Positions 29,500 through 40,745 are shown, counted from the first letter of the stretch. The stretch is 55,939 nucleotides of DNA from Deinococcales bacterium (GCA_043778225.1 JAYWGM010000002.1:1-55939); one strand, 5' to 3'. Notes: generated from the sequence alone by a model not told the origin. Translations and numbers: made by a program.

Positions 29500-30708
29500 T
29501 CATCTTGGGGTTGGTGCGTTCTTTAACGTCGGTAACTCTTCGGCGTTTTGCAACAACTGATTCCAAACGTAGCCGGCTGCACCCAGCGCACAAGCATTTT
29601 CGCCAAAAGCACATGGCTCGAGCGCAATACTTCTAAACTCGTCGCCAAATAAGCGCTTGTGGATTTCTTTTTCGGCTGGCTCGAGAATCGCATCACCAAG
29701 CTGGGCAAATTTACCACCAATGATAATCAGCTTAGGGTCAAAGATATTGGCAAGACTGCCTAAAAAAATACCCAAATACATTCCGGCTCGAGCCACGATT
29801 CGTTTGGCGGCTTCGTCGTTTTGCTCGAGTAAGCCCACCAATTCTAAAAGATTGACTTCCAGACCCGTTTCTTTTTTGTAGCTGTCGCATAATGCCCAAG
29901 CACTAAAAAGGGTTTCGGCACAACCTTGGTTGCCACATGAACAGCGTGTGCCGTTGGGCAGAATTGTCATGTGTCCGATTTCGCCGGCAAAACCACGTCT
30001 GCCACGGTATAATTCATGTCCTAGAATCAGTCCGCCACCAATTCCAGTTTCGATATACAAATACAACAAATCAGCACTTTGTTTGTAGCGCCCAAACATA
30101 TACTCGGCAAAGACTGCCATATTTGCGTCGTTATCCACATATAAATTTGGTAATTCTGGCAATCGCTCGAGAATCATGGCGTGTAGGGCAATTCGTTTCC
30201 AGCCTAGATTGGGGGCATACAGCACCAATCCTTGGGTGGTATCCACTGGTCCCGGAACACCCACACCCACGCCCAGAACCGCACAATGCCGCAGCTTTGG
30301 GTCAGCTAAAATCTGGCGGATATTTCGCTCTAAATCTGTAAGCGCACTCGAGACTTGGCGGTAATCGCCTTGACTTTTTTGTTGCACGATAATCTGCCCA
30401 TAAGCATCCACTGCCACAACATTAATTTCACGCAAGCTGATTTCTGCTCCAATCAATACAAAATTATTGCGCTCGAGGTGTAGTGGAATACTTGGTCGTC
30501 CGGGAGTGCTGGTGTTGTCGCTCGTCCCACTGCTGAGCCAGCCAGCTTCCTCGAGTTCAGCCACACTTTGCGAAACGGTACTTTTGGTAATTCCAATGCG
30601 CTCGGCAACTGCGCTTCTCGAGATACTAGGTTCTGACCAGACCAGCCGCAAAATCGCGGTGCGATTGAGGCGTTTAAGTAAAGTTTTTTCTCCAGCCATA
30701 CCGCGCAT
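29500..30708 (-). CDS. xylR: ROK-family repressor, XylR-like
   Basis: N-terminal HTH, DNDAN, GIGGG, AGEIGH, CSCGNQGCAE; AGGAG before ATG 30708; divergent from xylFHG. Confidence 0.8.
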   Translation of the reverse strand: MRGMAGEKTLLKRLNRTAILRLVWSEPSISRSAVAERIGITKSTVSQSVAELEEAGWLSSGTSDNTSTPGRPSIPLHLERNNFVLIGAEISLREINVVAVDAYGQIIVQQKSQGDYRQVSSALTDLERNIRQILADPKLRHCAVLGVGVGVPGPVDTTQGLVLYAPNLGWKRIALHAMILERLPELPNLYVDNDANMAVFAEYMFGRYKQSADLLYLYIETGIGGGLILGHELYRGRRGFAGEIGHMTILPNGTRCSCGNQGCAETLFSAWALCDSYKKETGLEVNLLELVGLLEQNDEAAKRIVARAGMYLGIFLGSLANIFDPKLIIIGGKFAQLGDAILEPAEKEIHKRLFGDEFRSIALEPCAFGENACALGAAGYVWNQLLQNAEELPTLKNAPTPR

Positions 30709-30881
30709 AAAGCTCCTCGAGTGAGACCAAAATAAGCCATTTGGTTTGTTGAATGAATTAAAAGATAACCGATTCTGGTCAATTCGGCAATGGGTATAGA
30801 TTTTTAAGAATAGATAATTTATCAAAGGTTTAATTCGCTCATAACAGGCTCTTAGTCCTATATTTAGACTGAGTTTAAGGC

Positions 30882-30895
30882 TGTAACCGGTTACA
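30882..30895. promoter_or_regulatory. LacI-family-like operator
   Basis: Perfect palindrome TGTAACCGGTTACA just upstream of the -35. Confidence 0.6.
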
Positions 30896-30909
30896 ATTCA
30901 TTTCCCCTC

Positions 30910-30965
30910 TTGACAAAAAGAAGCCGCTTGAGTTACCTTTATTTTGTTCGCAAAACGAATGAATT
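30910..30965 (+). promoter_or_regulatory. xylF promoter and ROK operator-like palindrome
   Basis: TTGACA-N18-TACCTT followed by TTTGTTCG-caaaa-CGAATGAA. Confidence 0.6.
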
Positions 30966-31114
30966 CGCTCGAGCCAAGTCTGGCGCTACTACCATCAGTC
31001 TGTCAAATTAGGTATACTGATTGTCGCTTCCACAAACTTGTCTCACCATCTCCTCGGTCTCGAGGCTCGATGTTGCTCGCTGTGAATGAAGCATCACCAA
31101 CCTGAGGAGGTTGT

Positions 31115-32176
31115 ATGAAAAAATGGCAATTAGGAGCAATCGGTGCGTTATCTTTGGGCTTACTTGGCGGCGTGTACCTTGGTGCAACAGCCCAAACCAT
31201 GGACAAAATCGTGGTCGGCGTTAGCTGGAGTAACTTCCAAGAGGAACGTTGGAAAACTGACGAAGCCGCAATCAAAGGCGCATTAGCCGCCGCCGGAGCA
31301 GAATACGTCAGCACCGACGCACAATCGAGCGCCGAAAAGCAAGTCAATGATGTCAACACCCTGATTTCGCGTGGTGCAAAAGCCATTATTTTGCTTGCCC
31401 AAGACAAGGATGCGATCGGACCTGCAATTGATGCCGCCAAAGCCGCTAAAATCCCAGTTTTGGCATACGACCGTCTGGTCGAAGACCCATATGCCTACTA
31501 CCTCACTTTTGATAACGTTGAAGTCGGGCGCATCATGGCTCGAGAAGTGCAAAAAGTTAAACCAAGTGGTAACTATGTCTTTATTCGCGGCGACCCAGGC
31601 GATGCCAACGCTGGCTTTGTTTATGGTGGTCAAATCGAAGTCTTGAGCGCAGCGATCAAAGCTGGACGCATTAAGAACGTGGCTGAACAAGCCACCGAAG
31701 GCTGGAAGCCAGAAAATGCTCAACGCAACATGGAACAAATCCTGACCCGTATCAACAACAAAGTTGATGCCGTCATGAGCAGCAACGACGGTATGGCTGG
31801 CGGCGCAATTGCTGCCTTGGCTGCCGTTAAATTGGCTGGTTCAAAAGTAGCCGTGTCTGGTCAAGACGGCGACCTTGGCGCACTCAACCGTGTTGCTCTT
31901 GGCACACAAACCGTTTCGGTCTGGAAGGACTCCCGCGCATTGGGTAAGTCGGCTGGCGAAATTGCGATTGCTCTAGCCAAAGGCACAGCCCTAAGCGCCA
32001 TCAAAGGCAGCAAAGTCTTTAATGGTGGTCCAAAGAAAGTCGCCATGAACTCGACTTTGCTTGCGCCAGTTGGCATTACCCGCAAGAACCTGAATGTCAT
32101 CTTGGATGCCAAATGGATTTCCAAAGATGTTCTTTGTAAGGGTGTCAACAAAGTCACCGTTCCAGTTTGTAAGTAA
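31115..32176 (+). CDS. xylF: D-xylose ABC substrate-binding protein
   Basis: [33 protein letters not shown]. Confidence 0.9.
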   Translation: MKKWQLGAIGALSLGLLGGVYLGATAQTMDKIVVGVSWSNFQEERWKTDEAAIKGALAAAGAEYVSTDAQSSAEKQVNDVNTLISRGAKAIILLAQDKDAIGPAIDAAKAAKIPVLAYDRLVEDPYAYYLTFDNVEVGRIMAREVQKVKPSGNYVFIRGDPGDANAGFVYGGQIEVLSAAIKAGRIKNVAEQATEGWKPENAQRNMEQILTRINNKVDAVMSSNDGMAGGAIAALAAVKLAGSKVAVSGQDGDLGALNRVALGTQTVSVWKDSRALGKSAGEIAIALAKGTALSAIKGSKVFNGGPKKVAMNSTLLAPVGITRKNLNVILDAKWISKDVLCKGVNKVTVPVCK

Positions 32177-32246
32177 TCCTAAAAGCTGCGGGCGGATACG
32201 CTTTTTAACAGCGTTTCCGCCCGTTTTCATTTTCTCGAGGTGAGTT

Positions 32247-33458
32247 GTGCAGAATTCAGAAACGAATCGTCCTAAGTCGCTGCTGGCGAGTCTAGGCGTG
32301 GATATTCAACTGCTGACCCTAATTCTGGCATTGGTCGTGGTCTGGGTTGGCTTTCAAATTTGGAGTGGTGGACTTTTTTTATCGCCACGTAACCTCTGGA
32401 CACTGACTGCCCAAACTGCCGTGGTCGGGATTATGGTTGGCGGTATGGTCTTGGTGATTGTGGCACGGCAGATTGACCTTGGAGTTGGCAGTGTGCTGGG
32501 TTTTACTGCCATGATTATGGCGGTGCTGCAAGCCAGCGCCCCAATGGGTGTTGGTTTACCGTGGGTTGTGGCAATGCTGGTCGGGATTGCGGTTGGTGTT
32601 CTGATTGGGGCATTCAACGGGTATTTATCGGCATTTTGGGGCGTACCGGCTTTTGTCGTGACGCTGGCTGGGATGCTGGTTTTTCGCAACGGTACATTTA
32701 GTGTCTCGAGTTTTACAATTGCGCCACTAGACCCCACTTTTCAGATTCTTGGCGGCGGCATTAACGGCTCGATTGGCGCACTCTGGACTTGGATTTTTGG
32801 TGTTGCGGTCATTGCTTTGGTGGTTTGGCAGACCATCACAGGGCGCTCGAGACGACAAAAAAATGGCTTTGCAGTTCGTCCGATGTGGGCAGAAGCCTTG
32901 GTGCTGGGCGTAACGGTTGCCCTGATTATGGCTTTTGTCATTGTCATGAACAGTTACCCGATTCCCGGCACAGAGACCCCAAGCGGTATTCCCGTACCAA
33001 CTTTAATTGCGCTGGGCGTGCTTGGTTACTTAAATTGGATGACTCGAGCTACCCGCTTTGGGCGTTATATTTTTGCGATTGGTGGCAACCCCGAAGCCGC
33101 TAATTTGGCTGGCATTAACGTCAAAATGATGATGGTTTATATCTTTGCTTTGATGGGCTTTTTGACTGCCATTGCGGCGGCTGTGCAAGCTGCACGCTTG
33201 AACAGCGCCACCCCAACGGTTGGGCGTGACCTCGAGCTAACGGTGATTGCTGGCGCAGTGATTGGTGGCACGGTTTTGTCTGGTGGAAGCGGTACAATTT
33301 TAGGTGCAGCCCTAGGCGCACTTTTAATGAGCAGCCTCGAGAACGGCTTGGGCTTGGTCGGGGTACGCACCGAGCAGCAAAAAATTTACTTGGGTATTGT
33401 GCTGCTTTTAGCAGTGCTGTGGAATGTCATCAGCACCCGCCGCAAAGGAGGCAGATAG
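32247..33458 (+). CDS. xylH: Xylose ABC permease
   Basis: [26 protein letters not shown]. Confidence 0.88.
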   Translation: MQNSETNRPKSLLASLGVDIQLLTLILALVVVWVGFQIWSGGLFLSPRNLWTLTAQTAVVGIMVGGMVLVIVARQIDLGVGSVLGFTAMIMAVLQASAPMGVGLPWVVAMLVGIAVGVLIGAFNGYLSAFWGVPAFVVTLAGMLVFRNGTFSVSSFTIAPLDPTFQILGGGINGSIGALWTWIFGVAVIALVVWQTITGRSRRQKNGFAVRPMWAEALVLGVTVALIMAFVIVMNSYPIPGTETPSGIPVPTLIALGVLGYLNWMTRATRFGRYIFAIGGNPEAANLAGINVKMMMVYIFALMGFLTAIAAAVQAARLNSATPTVGRDLELTVIAGAVIGGTVLSGGSGTILGAALGALLMSSLENGLGLVGVRTEQQKIYLGIVLLLAVLWNVISTRRKGGR

Positions 33459-33462
33459 TTTT

Positions 33463-34203
33463 ATGACCCCAATGATTGAAATGAACCATATCTCCTTGCG
33501 CTTTGGCGGTAATCAAGCCTTGGATGATGTCTCGGTTAATTTGTACCCCGGCGAGGTGGTCGGCTTACTCGGACACAATGGCGCGGGTAAAAGCACCTTA
33601 ATTAAAGTCTTGTCAGGCGCGTACCAAGCCGATTCTGGCGAGATTAAAATTGAGGGTAAAAATGTTGACATCAAAAGCCCACAAGATTCACAGCGCCACG
33701 GAGTCGAGACGATTTACCAGACGTTAGCCTTAGCCGATAACCTCGATGCGGTTGCCAATGTTTTTTTGGGGCGCGAGAAAGTCAATGGTGTGGTGCTGTC
33801 CGAAGACGAAATGGAAGTCGAGGCACGTAAAGTGTTAGACCGCCTGCGGGTCAAAATTCCAAGTTTGCGTGTGCCGGTTCAAAACATGAGCGGTGGTCAA
33901 CGGCAAACCGTGGCGATTGCTCGAGCCGTCTATTTTAAGGCAAAAGTGCTGATTATGGACGAACCAACCGCCGCGCTTGGACCAGAAGAAACCTCCAAAG
34001 TCTCGGAGTTAATTGCTGCCTTAAAAGCCGAAGGAGTCGGGATTTTTTTAATTAGCCACGACTTGCACGATGTCTTTGACCTTGCAGACCGTTGTACAGT
34101 CATGAAAAACGGCAAAGTGGTCGGTACAGTCAACACCAAAGATGTGACCCAAGACCAAGTGTTGGGGATGATTATCGGTGGAGTCATGCCTAGCGCAACT
34201 TAA
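33463..34203 (+). CDS. xylG: Sugar ABC ATPase (single NBD)
   Basis: [24 protein letters not shown]. Confidence 0.85.
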   Translation: MTPMIEMNHISLRFGGNQALDDVSVNLYPGEVVGLLGHNGAGKSTLIKVLSGAYQADSGEIKIEGKNVDIKSPQDSQRHGVETIYQTLALADNLDAVANVFLGREKVNGVVLSEDEMEVEARKVLDRLRVKIPSLRVPVQNMSGGQRQTVAIARAVYFKAKVLIMDEPTAALGPEETSKVSELIAALKAEGVGIFLISHDLHDVFDLADRCTVMKNGKVVGTVNTKDVTQDQVLGMIIGGVMPSAT

Positions 34204-34211
34204 TCAATCAC

Positions 34212-34248
34212 AAAAAAGCGGTGTGCCAAATTTGCACACCGCTTTTTT
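34212..34248 (+). terminator. Intrinsic terminator
   Basis: AAAAAAGCGGTGTGC-loop-GCACACCGCTTTTTT. Confidence 0.85.
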
Positions 34249-34351
34249 ATTGGCTGTGAAATAATCGGGGTCTCAAGCCCTACAAATCGTCTCGAGTACC
34301 AAGAATTTTGGTTTTACGCAGATTGCTGTATGGCTTAAAGGAGTGAACACC

Positions 34352-35401
34352 ATGCGTCATTGGAAAGCAGTTTTTGGAGTCACGGCATTCGCAGCCTTCA
34401 CCAGCCTGATGTTTGGGCAAGCCCAGCAAAATAAAATTACGGTGGGCATCAGTTGGAGCAATTTTCAAGAAGAGCGTTGGCGTACTGATGAATCGGCAAT
34501 GGGGCAGGTCTTTGCTTTTGCCCAAGCCGAAATGCTCAGCACCGATGCCCAAGCCTCAAACGAAAAACAACTCAACGATATAGAGACGCTGATTTCTAAA
34601 AAAGTCGATGCGTTGATTATTCTGGCGCTTGACAAGGACACGATTATGGCAGCCATTGCCAAAGCCAAAGCTGCAAAAATCCCAGTGATTGCTTATGACC
34701 GTTTAATCGAAGACCCAAGTGTCTTTTACATGACCTTTGACAACATCGAAGTTGGGCGGATGCAGGCTCGAGAAGTCTTAAAAGTTAAACCCAAGGGCAA
34801 TTATGTCTTTATCAAAGGCGACCCGGGCGACCCCAACAGTGTTTTCTTGCACGGCGGGCAACTCGAGGTCTTAAATCCAAGCATCAAAAGCGGCGATATT
34901 AAAGTGGTTGGCGAACAATTTACCGAAGGCTGGAAACCCGAGAATGCCCAGCGCAGCATGGAGCAAATCCTGACCCGCAATAGCAATAAAATAGATGCCG
35001 TGGTTGCCAGCAACGACGGTATGGCTGGTGGCGTGATTGCTGCCCTAACCAGTGCAAGATTGGCTGGACAAGTGGCAGTCTCGGGGCAGGACGGCGATTT
35101 ATCGGCGCTTAACCGCGTGGCTCGAGGCATACAGACGGTTTCGGTCTGGAAAGATGCCCGCACCCTTGGTAAAAAAGCCGCTGAAGTGGCTTTGCTGTTG
35201 GCTCGAGGCACACCTGTGACTAAAATTCCGGGGCGAATGATTTTTAGTAAAGGACCCAACAAAGTGCGGATGAATTCGATTTTTATTAAACCTGTGCCGA
35301 TTACTCGAGCCAACTTAAAAGTGGTGCTTGATGCCAAATGGATTAATAAATCGGTGCTGTGTGAAGGTGTTGACCGAACCGTGATTACCGAATGTAAGTA
35401 G
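34352..35401 (+). CDS. Second XylF-like substrate-binding paralogue
   Basis: Collinear with 31115-32176 ([27 protein letters not shown]). Confidence 0.88.
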   Translation: MRHWKAVFGVTAFAAFTSLMFGQAQQNKITVGISWSNFQEERWRTDESAMGQVFAFAQAEMLSTDAQASNEKQLNDIETLISKKVDALIILALDKDTIMAAIAKAKAAKIPVIAYDRLIEDPSVFYMTFDNIEVGRMQAREVLKVKPKGNYVFIKGDPGDPNSVFLHGGQLEVLNPSIKSGDIKVVGEQFTEGWKPENAQRSMEQILTRNSNKIDAVVASNDGMAGGVIAALTSARLAGQVAVSGQDGDLSALNRVARGIQTVSVWKDARTLGKKAAEVALLLARGTPVTKIPGRMIFSKGPNKVRMNSIFIKPVPITRANLKVVLDAKWINKSVLCEGVDRTVITECK

Positions 35402-35448
35402 CCGCCGACCCGACGCTCGAGCATGGTTTTTGTACTACACTGGCTGTT

Positions 35449-35997
35449 ATGCCAACCGTTCTCGAGCGCCAAGTCAGTGTAAGCGAATACCTCGAGTCAG
35501 AACGGGTCTCCGAAGAACGCCATGAATATGTGAATGGCGAATTGCGTTCAATGGCTGGCGAAAGCCTTGACCATGAGTAAATTGTGCTCAATCTGGTCGA
35601 GAAACTTCGCCCAATTGCTTGAGCCAAAGGCTGTCGGTTCTTGACCAAAACCATTAAAGCAAAGGTTAGAAACACCAAGTACCGTTACCCAGACGTGATG
35701 ATTGTCTGTGCGCCACGTCTGGATAAGTACATTGAAGATTCGCCGTGTTTTCTGCTCGAGGTTGTATCGCCTAATTCAGACAGCACCGACAGGGGCGAAA
35801 AACTCGAGGAGTACACACGAATTTCTACTGTGCAACGTTATGTGCTGCTCGAGCAGAACCGAATTTTTGCGACTGTTTACCGCCGTGAAAACGAGCAATG
35901 GGTGGTGGATTTTCTCGAGGGGAACGACTTGTTGGACGTGCCTTGTCTCGAGACCAGTGTGCAATTAGCTGATTTGTATGCCGAAGCGGAATTTTAG
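35449..35997 (+). pseudogene. Uma2-family (PD-D/ExK) endonuclease pseudogene
   Basis: EYLESE..S..RHEYVNG...MAG...H, YPDVMI, EVVSP; in-frame stops TAA 35578 and TGA 35620. Confidence 0.85.
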
Positions 35998-36005
35998 GAA
36001 TTTAC

Positions 36006-36377
36006 CTAATGGCAACTACTGCTGCCTTCGCCTTCAACCGCCGCTTTGCCATCGGTACGAAAACTATGCCCACAGCCACATCCACTGGTGGCATTGGGGT
36101 TAGAAACGACACTAAAACCGCCGCCCATCATGTTTTCGAGGTAATCCACCATCGCGCCTTCGAGCAGTGGCAGACTCATTTTATCCACCACGACATTGAC
36201 CCCGTGGCTTTCAAAAATCGTGTCGCCATCCAAAGTGCGGTCGTCTATTGCCATGCCGTAACTGTAGCCACTGCACCCGCCGCTTTTGACAAAAACACGC
36301 ACCGCAGCATTGAGCTTGTTGTTTTTCTCGAGGATTTCTTTGGCTTTGTTTGCGCCGAACTCGGTCATGCTAATCAT
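36006..36377 (-). CDS. iscA: HesB/IscA-family Fe-S assembly accessory protein
   Basis: GGCSG, NPNA..GCGCG.SF. Confidence 0.9.
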   Translation of the reverse strand: MISMTEFGANKAKEILEKNNKLNAAVRVFVKSGGCSGYSYGMAIDDRTLDGDTIFESHGVNVVVDKMSLPLLEGAMVDYLENMMGGGFSVVSNPNATSGCGCGHSFRTDGKAAVEGEGSSSCH

Positions 36378-36429
36378 AAAAACAGGGTAGCACTTTCTAA
36401 TCTAAGAAAAGGTGCGCTACTTTACCAGT

Positions 36430-36915
36430 TTATGCCATCCGTGCAGCATTTCGGTTTGGTGGGTCGGCATACTCAGGCTCTTGCGGCTCGAGCATGGTCT
36501 TAAAATACTCAAGTGCCAATCTGTAGCCCTGTGTCCCCAACCCAACAAGGCTACCAACACAGACGGCTGCAATCACACTGGTGTGCCTAAATTCTTCTCG
36601 AGCGTGAATGTTAGAGATGTGTACCTCGAGAACGGGCAGGGTTTGCCCCGCGATGGCATCACGCAGCGCATAAGAATAATGTGTCCAAGCCCCGGGGTTG
36701 ATAATAATGGCGCTGTATCCTTGCTCGGTGGCGGTATGTAGCCACTCGAGCATCTGTCCTTCAAAATTGGTTTGCCGACAATCAAGCCTAAAACCAAGGG
36801 CTGCACCCCACGAAATTATCTCAGACTCGAGGTCTGGCAAGGTCTGGCTGCCATAAATTTCGGGTTGTCGTGTACCAAGTCGGTTGAGGTTTGCGCCATT
36901 CAAAACCAAAATCAT
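36430..36915 (-). CDS. aroQ: Type II 3-dehydroquinate dehydratase
   Basis: LNGANLNRLG.R.PEIYG, INPGAWTH, EVHISN.HARE.FR. Confidence 0.95.
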   Translation of the reverse strand: MILVLNGANLNRLGTRQPEIYGSQTLPDLESEIISWGAALGFRLDCRQTNFEGQMLEWLHTATEQGYSAIIINPGAWTHYSYALRDAIAGQTLPVLEVHISNIHAREEFRHTSVIAAVCVGSLVGLGTQGYRLALEYFKTMLEPQEPEYADPPNRNAARMA

Positions 36916-37001
36916 GACCTGACTGTATCACTCTTGGGCAGTTCTCGAGTAGAATGCAAAAATAAGCAGTTTTGGCATTAATTACTCCCGAGGTGAAAAC
37001 C

Positions 37002-38627
37002 GTGACGTTACGTGAAGCCCTAGACATTCTCGAGTTAAACCCCAACAGTTTGGATCGGCAAGTGCTGGAAAGTACACTTAAAAAGAATCTCGAGAACATC
37101 GAATTACGCAATGTGATGCGGCTTTTAGAGGCATACCGCAAAGCCAATGCCTTTATCAATCCAACTTTGGCAACCCACGGCGATGTGCGCGTCACGATGA
37201 TTGATGAGCCAATTCCCGATGGTCCGCCGCTGAATCAGCGCCCAGCCGCCAAACGTTTAGCCGATGAATCCAACCAGCGTTTACGGCGCGACTTTGTGCC
37301 GGGCGCAACCTTTGATGACTCGATTTTGAAAGCACCGCCAACCAACAGTCACCCAACCTTGAGCGATGTTTCGGCATTCTTGACCCAAGAAATCATGCCG
37401 AGCCAGCTTCCAGCCCCCATAGCGACCGAGCGTAAATCAAAGAATAATGTTTTGATTACACCGACCGATACCCCCAAAGAAACCAAGGGAATGAATATCC
37501 TGTGGCTTGCTTTACTGGCGGCGGGTGGACTGGCGGCATCGTTTTTTGTGATTGCCCCAGCCCTTTTTTCTTTACTTCCAAACCGCTCTGGTTTGGTTGC
37601 CAGTTCAACTCCTGCGGTCAGTCAGCCGATAACACCAAACTCTGTCAAGCCAACGACCTCGAGTACAACTGGCAAACCAACGACCTCGAGTAATCCAACA
37701 ACCACGAAGCCCAACACAACCTTGGCTACCCAAACAGCCGCACAGAAATTAGCCGCACAAAAACTTGCGGCGCAAAAAGCCGAAGCTGCCAAACTTGCGG
37801 CGCAAAAATTAGCTGCTACCCAAGCCGATGCTAAAAAGCTCGAGGCACAGAAGCTCGAGGCTGCAAGGCTTGAGGCACAAAAACTGGCTGCCCAGAAATT
37901 AGCCGCACAAAAAGCCGAATTGGCAAAACAAGCGGCTGCACAAAAAGCCGAAGCGGCAAAACTCGAGGCGCAAAAACTGGCTGCCTCACAAACGGCTGTA
38001 CAAAAACTCGAGGCACAAAAACTGGCTGCACAAAAAGCTGCTACTGCTCAGGCAGCAACTCAGAAAGCGCAAGCAGCTAAACTGGCAGCGCAAAAACTGG
38101 CTGCACAAAAAGCTGCTGCTGCAAGGCTCGAGGCACAAAAACTGGCTGTTCAGAAAACCGATGTGGCTAAAATTGCCGCACAAAAAGCCGCTGCCAGACT
38201 CCAAGCCCAACGGCTCGAGGCACAACAAACAGCAAGGCGCATAGAAGCCCGACGCGAGGCACAACGCTTAGAAGCCCGACGTATCGCCCGTCTTGAGGCA
38301 CAGCAAGCCGCCGCCAGACTCGAGGCACAACGGACTGCCCAACGGCTGTCAGCCCAACGCTTAGAGCAGCAAGCCGTTCAACGTGCCATTGCCAGACGCG
38401 AAGCCCAAGAAGCGGCAGCCAAACGGGCAGCGGCGGCTCGAGCCTCGGTTTCGGTTCGCAGCCTCAATCAAGGCAGCTTCAATGCTTGGGATAGGTCTGG
38501 GGCAGTGCTGCGCTATGCCAGTTGGTCAGCCATTCCCGATTCGGTGCGGGCATTGCCGACTTCGCAATTTAGAGCGCAGGTTTATGTGGCTTCTTCGCCA
38601 GCCACTTTACCGGGCTTACCACGTTAA
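37002..38627 (+). CDS. Single-TM protein: J-like N-terminus, AQKLA/AQRLE helical stalk, conserved C-terminal domain (paralogue 1)
   Basis: GAGGTG RBS then GTG; N- and C-termini align with next gene. Confidence 0.8.
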   Translation: MTLREALDILELNPNSLDRQVLESTLKKNLENIELRNVMRLLEAYRKANAFINPTLATHGDVRVTMIDEPIPDGPPLNQRPAAKRLADESNQRLRRDFVPGATFDDSILKAPPTNSHPTLSDVSAFLTQEIMPSQLPAPIATERKSKNNVLITPTDTPKETKGMNILWLALLAAGGLAASFFVIAPALFSLLPNRSGLVASSTPAVSQPITPNSVKPTTSSTTGKPTTSSNPTTTKPNTTLATQTAAQKLAAQKLAAQKAEAAKLAAQKLAATQADAKKLEAQKLEAARLEAQKLAAQKLAAQKAELAKQAAAQKAEAAKLEAQKLAASQTAVQKLEAQKLAAQKAATAQAATQKAQAAKLAAQKLAAQKAAAARLEAQKLAVQKTDVAKIAAQKAAARLQAQRLEAQQTARRIEARREAQRLEARRIARLEAQQAAARLEAQRTAQRLSAQRLEQQAVQRAIARREAQEAAAKRAAAARASVSVRSLNQGSFNAWDRSGAVLRYASWSAIPDSVRALPTSQFRAQVYVASSPATLPGLPR

Positions 38628-38636
38628 GGACTTTGT

Positions 38637-40352
38637 ATGACTTTGCGCGAAGCCATGAAATTGCTCGACCTCAATGAGCGTACCCTCGACATCAGTATGC
38701 TCGACAGTGCGGCGCGGCAGCGCATGGATGCGGCAGAGACATCGTTGCAACGCGACCAAGTTCTCGAGGCATACCGACGAGTTCAGATTTTTCTTGACCC
38801 CAGTGCCGATGAACGCTTTGCGATGCGTGGTTCAAATGTACTGGCAGCCCTTTCAGAAACTCGAGTTGCGTCCCAAGCCATAGATGATGATGAACATGGC
38901 GTGGTTTTGGTCGAGGACGAACCAGAAAGTCAGCCTCCAGCCGCATTGTCTTTTGAGCCAGCCAACTTTGACTTGGATTTAGAATTTAACTTTGAAGCTG
39001 CCGATGAACCTAACATTCGCACCACTGCCGAATTACCTTTGTTGCCGTTTCTCGAGCCAGATATTACTTTTGGACTCGAGCCAGAAAATTTGAATCAGGT
39101 GCTGCCTGATTCTTTACCTGCAATGTCGGATATAACATTACCTGCAATGTCGGATATGGCATTACCTGCAATGTCGGAAGTTGCATCGCCCATCATGTCG
39201 GATATATCGCCAGATTGGTCAGCTTTACAGCCAATTCTCGAGCCAAAACCAGCCGAAGCACCCTCAGAATTTGATGATTCTCTACTTACTCCTGCCCCAA
39301 AACCTCGAGTCGTTTCGGATGAAACATCCCTAACAATTATTGAAGAAATCAGCCCCACTGACCCTACAAAACCAGCTATTGTGGTCAAGGAACTCGAGCC
39401 AAGTCAAGCACCCATTCGTCCTGTACCGCCGCGCAGTCCCACGACACCCGTCAGTCCCGCGCCCACAAAAACCACAAAAAACAGTACAACTGTCAAAAAC
39501 GGTAATCCTGAACGCCGCATTTCTCGAGCCACACAAGCCGCACCAGTCAGCCGCGCCTATGAGAAGCGTCGCCAAAAAGCCAATCGCCAACCACCGCTCT
39601 GGGCTTGGTTATTGGCAATTGCGACCTTGGTTAGCACTGGAATTTTTGCTGCCCCAGCCTTGATAAAACAATTTTCCCCGAAGGCAAAACCACAAGTCAA
39701 CCTAAGCGTCCCAAACTTACCGCAAGCCCCCAAACCAGTCATTAAACCAGTGGTGCAAAAACCAAGCTCGAGTATCGCCAAGCCAAAACCAGTGGTTAAG
39801 CCAGTGGTTGCTAAACCAAAACCTGTGGTCAAGCCAGTGGTTGCCGATACCCCCAAACCAAGCGTTACGACCTTGGTCAAGCCTGTTGTTATCCCCAAAC
39901 CAGTCGCAAAACCCATTGTCAAGCCTGTGGTCAAACCGACACCTGTGGTCAAACCAAAGCCAAGCGACCCGCGCAGTGCCGCCGTGTTACCGCCAATTGG
40001 TGCAAAACCTGTGGCTGTCAAACCTAAACCTGTGGCTGTCAAACCTAAGCCTGTGGCTGTCAAACCCAAACCGACTGTGTTGCGTTTTGAAGACCCAGCT
40101 CCTAAACCAAGCGCCCCAGCCGCGATTCCAGCCCCCGTCGTCACAACCCCAGCCCCAGTTACCGAAGTCGTTGACCCCAATAATCTAACTCGAGAACAGA
40201 TTGGGCGGCGTTTTTTGAACGAAAAATACTATGCCGACTGGTTATCCAGAGGGGCGCAACTCAAATACCCCAATTGGGCAGATATTCCAATTGCGACACA
40301 AGTGCTGGCATTTGCCGATTTCAAAAGCACAGTCTTGATTGCGCTACCTTGA
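38637..40352 (+). CDS. Single-TM protein: J-like N-terminus, acidic linker, Pro/Lys/Val stalk, conserved C-terminal domain (paralogue 2)
   Basis: AAGGA RBS; LPAMSD x3 and KPVAVKP x3 repeats. Confidence 0.8.
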   Translation: MTLREAMKLLDLNERTLDISMLDSAARQRMDAAETSLQRDQVLEAYRRVQIFLDPSADERFAMRGSNVLAALSETRVASQAIDDDEHGVVLVEDEPESQPPAALSFEPANFDLDLEFNFEAADEPNIRTTAELPLLPFLEPDITFGLEPENLNQVLPDSLPAMSDITLPAMSDMALPAMSEVASPIMSDISPDWSALQPILEPKPAEAPSEFDDSLLTPAPKPRVVSDETSLTIIEEISPTDPTKPAIVVKELEPSQAPIRPVPPRSPTTPVSPAPTKTTKNSTTVKNGNPERRISRATQAAPVSRAYEKRRQKANRQPPLWAWLLAIATLVSTGIFAAPALIKQFSPKAKPQVNLSVPNLPQAPKPVIKPVVQKPSSSIAKPKPVVKPVVAKPKPVVKPVVADTPKPSVTTLVKPVVIPKPVAKPIVKPVVKPTPVVKPKPSDPRSAAVLPPIGAKPVAVKPKPVAVKPKPVAVKPKPTVLRFEDPAPKPSAPAAIPAPVVTTPAPVTEVVDPNNLTREQIGRRFLNEKYYADWLSRGAQLKYPNWADIPIATQVLAFADFKSTVLIALP

Positions 40353-40745
40353 TTTTGCAAAAAAGACTGCCCTTAAAAGCGGCGACCAAAAAACCGCATC
40401 GAGCAAAAACACAAATGCGCCAAATCGCAATTTTAAGAGGGCTGCCAGAAGTAAAATCAGTATTTGAAAAGCAAATGTGCCAAAAACCGCAAAGACCAAC
40501 AAAGCGTTGGGGTTGCGATACGACACCGTTAAGTGGGTACTGAGCCGATGTAAACCTAACGCTAGGGCGAATACCATCATTGGCTCGAGCCAGACCAACG
40601 GCTCAGGCTCGAGCAGTAAGCGCAGCAGCAACCAGACTGGTGTGACCAGCAAGGCAATTTGCAAAGAAGCCCGAAAATTTGATTGAAAAAACCACATTGG
40701 CGCAGTCTGACAAAATAATCTGGATTCAATGGCGACTCGAGTCAC
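40344..40745 (-). CDS. Hypothetical membrane protein
   Basis: About 4 hydrophobic segments, abuts upstream kinase gene. Confidence 0.55.
   Translation of the reverse strand: MTRVAIESRLFCQTAPMWFFQSNFRASLQIALLVTPVWLLLRLLLEPEPLVWLEPMMVFALALGLHRLSTHLTVSYRNPNALLVFAVFGTFAFQILILLLAALLKLRFGAFVFLLDAVFWSPLLRAVFFAKSR

Noticed and set aside
37730..38440. Calling the Ala/Gln/Lys-rich protein TolA (or its neighbour TonB)
   Set aside because: Only compositional similarity; no tolQR/exbBD neighbours and no recognisable TonB/TolA C-terminal domain
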